Made by a program: the position numbers and the translations under genes | Notes under the pieces: model-generated | The model's input: only the letters and a program-made list of their open reading frames with translations | Database searches by the model: none | What the model was told of the DNA's origin: nothing | Source: Azolla caroliniana | Taxonomy: Eukaryota > Plantae > Polypodiophyta | NCBI GenBank assembly: GCA_043228905.1 | Contig: JBHGNT010000001.1 | Location: 29,326,001 to 29,390,000 of the forward strand | DNA: 64,000 nucleotides | Direction of reading: 5' to 3' | Shown: one piece after another, positions 62,564 to 64,000 of the stretch | Layout of the letters: the number at the start of each line of letters is the position of its first letter | Numbering within the stretch: the first letter of the stretch is position 1

Positions 62564-63513
62564 ACCCTTCATAAGTGACCCCTCCCTTCCTTTTATAGCC
62601 CAAGGAGGGAGGGACCTTACAATGTGGGACAAAATTTCCCCTCTTATTTCTATACACCATTTCCTAGAACATGTGTGCACATGTTGCACACCACCGACTT
62701 GCCCTTTCCACCCCGGTTTCCGCCTATGAACGAAAATCTTCACGACATCCGCCCCCACCAAACCGCACATCCACTGGTATGTGCCAAGAAGGGGAAATAG
62801 GTGAGATCTTCGGCCATGGTGGTCAACCGAGTCCTTAGCGTCTTTGTCAGCTTTGCCCGACTTCGTCTTCCACTTCGAGCAAGCCCATCCGTCCCACATC
62901 GACCACCGTAGCCTCCCGGTTCACCATATCCGTCTTATGCTCTCGAGCCGTTGGCTCCATTCGATCCACCATACTCGACGGAGTTCGCCGAACCACTGTC
63001 TCTGCCCGGTTCGCCAGACCCAGTCTTCGCACACCTCTCTTTATCTTCCTTCATTCTCTGCGCGACCTTGGATCAAATCCTCGTTCTTCCCGACTATTTG
63101 CCGATTATTGCACCGTGTACTCTTCGTCCACGCTTGTCTTGCCTCGGTCGCTTCCTCGACTCGGCATTGCCACGCGCCGAACTTCGTCATCGATCATCCT
63201 CGTGCTTGTCGCTAGGCCCTTACGCGGCCACATCGCACGTCTCGCACTCCGCTCCGCTCTGCGTACCCTTTCGAAAAGGTACGTTGCTTCCCCGACATCC
63301 GTATCAGTGCTCTCGTCTTCGGTGTCCTCCGCAACCTCCGATGTTGCCGCTTCACCCCGAGGTACACCCTCTTGGTCTACCTCGTATGTCCTCCGGATAC
63401 GCTCCGGATCTCTCCAATCGCACTCCGGTTTCCGCCCTTTGCGTGCCGCTCCTTTGGTTTTATCGTCTTCGCATGCCGAACACCTCAGTGTGTCGACTCT
63501 TCCCGCTCCGCGC
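62564..63513 (-). mobile_element. 3' portion of an oppositely oriented Gypsy element: internal sequence, PPT and partial 3' LTR
   Basis: Minus strand reads GGTGGGGGCGGA|TGTCGTGAAG at 62747, with TATAAAAGGAAGGG further in. Confidence 0.65.
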
Positions 63514-64000
63514 TGTCGTGCCTTTCGGCTCCGGATCGTTTGCGTGAGTCGGGTGGGAACCACCGGGGTTTTGGACTAGGAGGAGGAAGAATTTGAGGCT
63601 AATCTAGTTATGAATATGAATAGATTATAAGAAAGAGATATAGAAACTTGTGAATCCCACAAGTATAATTGTTTTAGTTTATCTAAATCGTAGTAATAAA
63701 TTGAAATAATTTAGAATAGATTAGAGTAGATTGAGAAAAGAGATCAAACCTTGTGAATCCCACAAGTATTACATTAATCAATATTTATGTAAGAATATGA
63801 ATTTAGATTGAAAGAGATAGATTATCTTAAACTTCGTGAATCCCACGAGTATATTTTATTGATTGTTGGTGTTTTAGGAAATATATCCAATTTCCCAAAT
63901 ATTTTTCACACCTATTACATTGTGCTCCCCATCCTTATGTAGTGATGGGAGAGACTAAGCATAGCTACATGCTTTTTTTTCTAATATGTTCATGCACACT
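63514..64000 (-). mobile_element. 3' end of a further LTR of the TGTCG...CGACA group, running off the window
   Basis: Minus strand CCTAGTCCAAAACCCCGGTGGTTCCC...CACGACA matches the U5 end of the solo LTRs at 36408 and 38780. Confidence 0.55.

Noticed and set aside
62564-62729. C-terminus of the 917-aa pol ORF
   Set aside because: After RYGCVG the sequence is an inverted LTR fragment, not integrase.
57315-63596. Many overlapping antisense and alternate-frame ORFs
   Set aside because: Expected shadow ORFs of GC-rich retroelement coding sequence; no domain signatures.

Overview
Eukaryotic, land-plant DNA. PLS-class PPR, SAUR genes and the Gypsy/LINE types point to a seed-free plant such as a fern or lycophyte (inference). 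Host content: four tandem SAUR copies on the minus strand (two intact, one frameshifted, one pseudogene), one intronless PLS-E PPR gene plus a 5' stub of a duplicate, and tRNA-Glu(CTC), all within local segmental duplications. The middle of the window is a nest of elements. A full-length decayed L1-type LINE (27671-48021, 14-bp TSD) contains a solo LTR, a pol-deleted chromoviral LTR element that itself carries two solo LTRs, and a 7.5-kb DNA transposon (40062-47568, perfect 30-bp TIRs). That transposon is the most notable item. It encodes an intact Sola1-like DDD transposase with a C-terminal BAH/SH3-like module. Divergently it encodes a five-exon gene for a ParB/Srx-like domain fused to a prokaryote-type beta-class amino (N4C/N6A) DNA methyltransferase (DIPY, WxK, NPYKKP), with an array of palindromes in intron 1. 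The cargo gene is disabled in this copy. The right end holds tRNA-Trp-primed Ty3/Gypsy elements with a probable -1 frameshift between protease and RT and an apparent CG-centred 4-bp target preference. All calls were made by eye; no searches were run.
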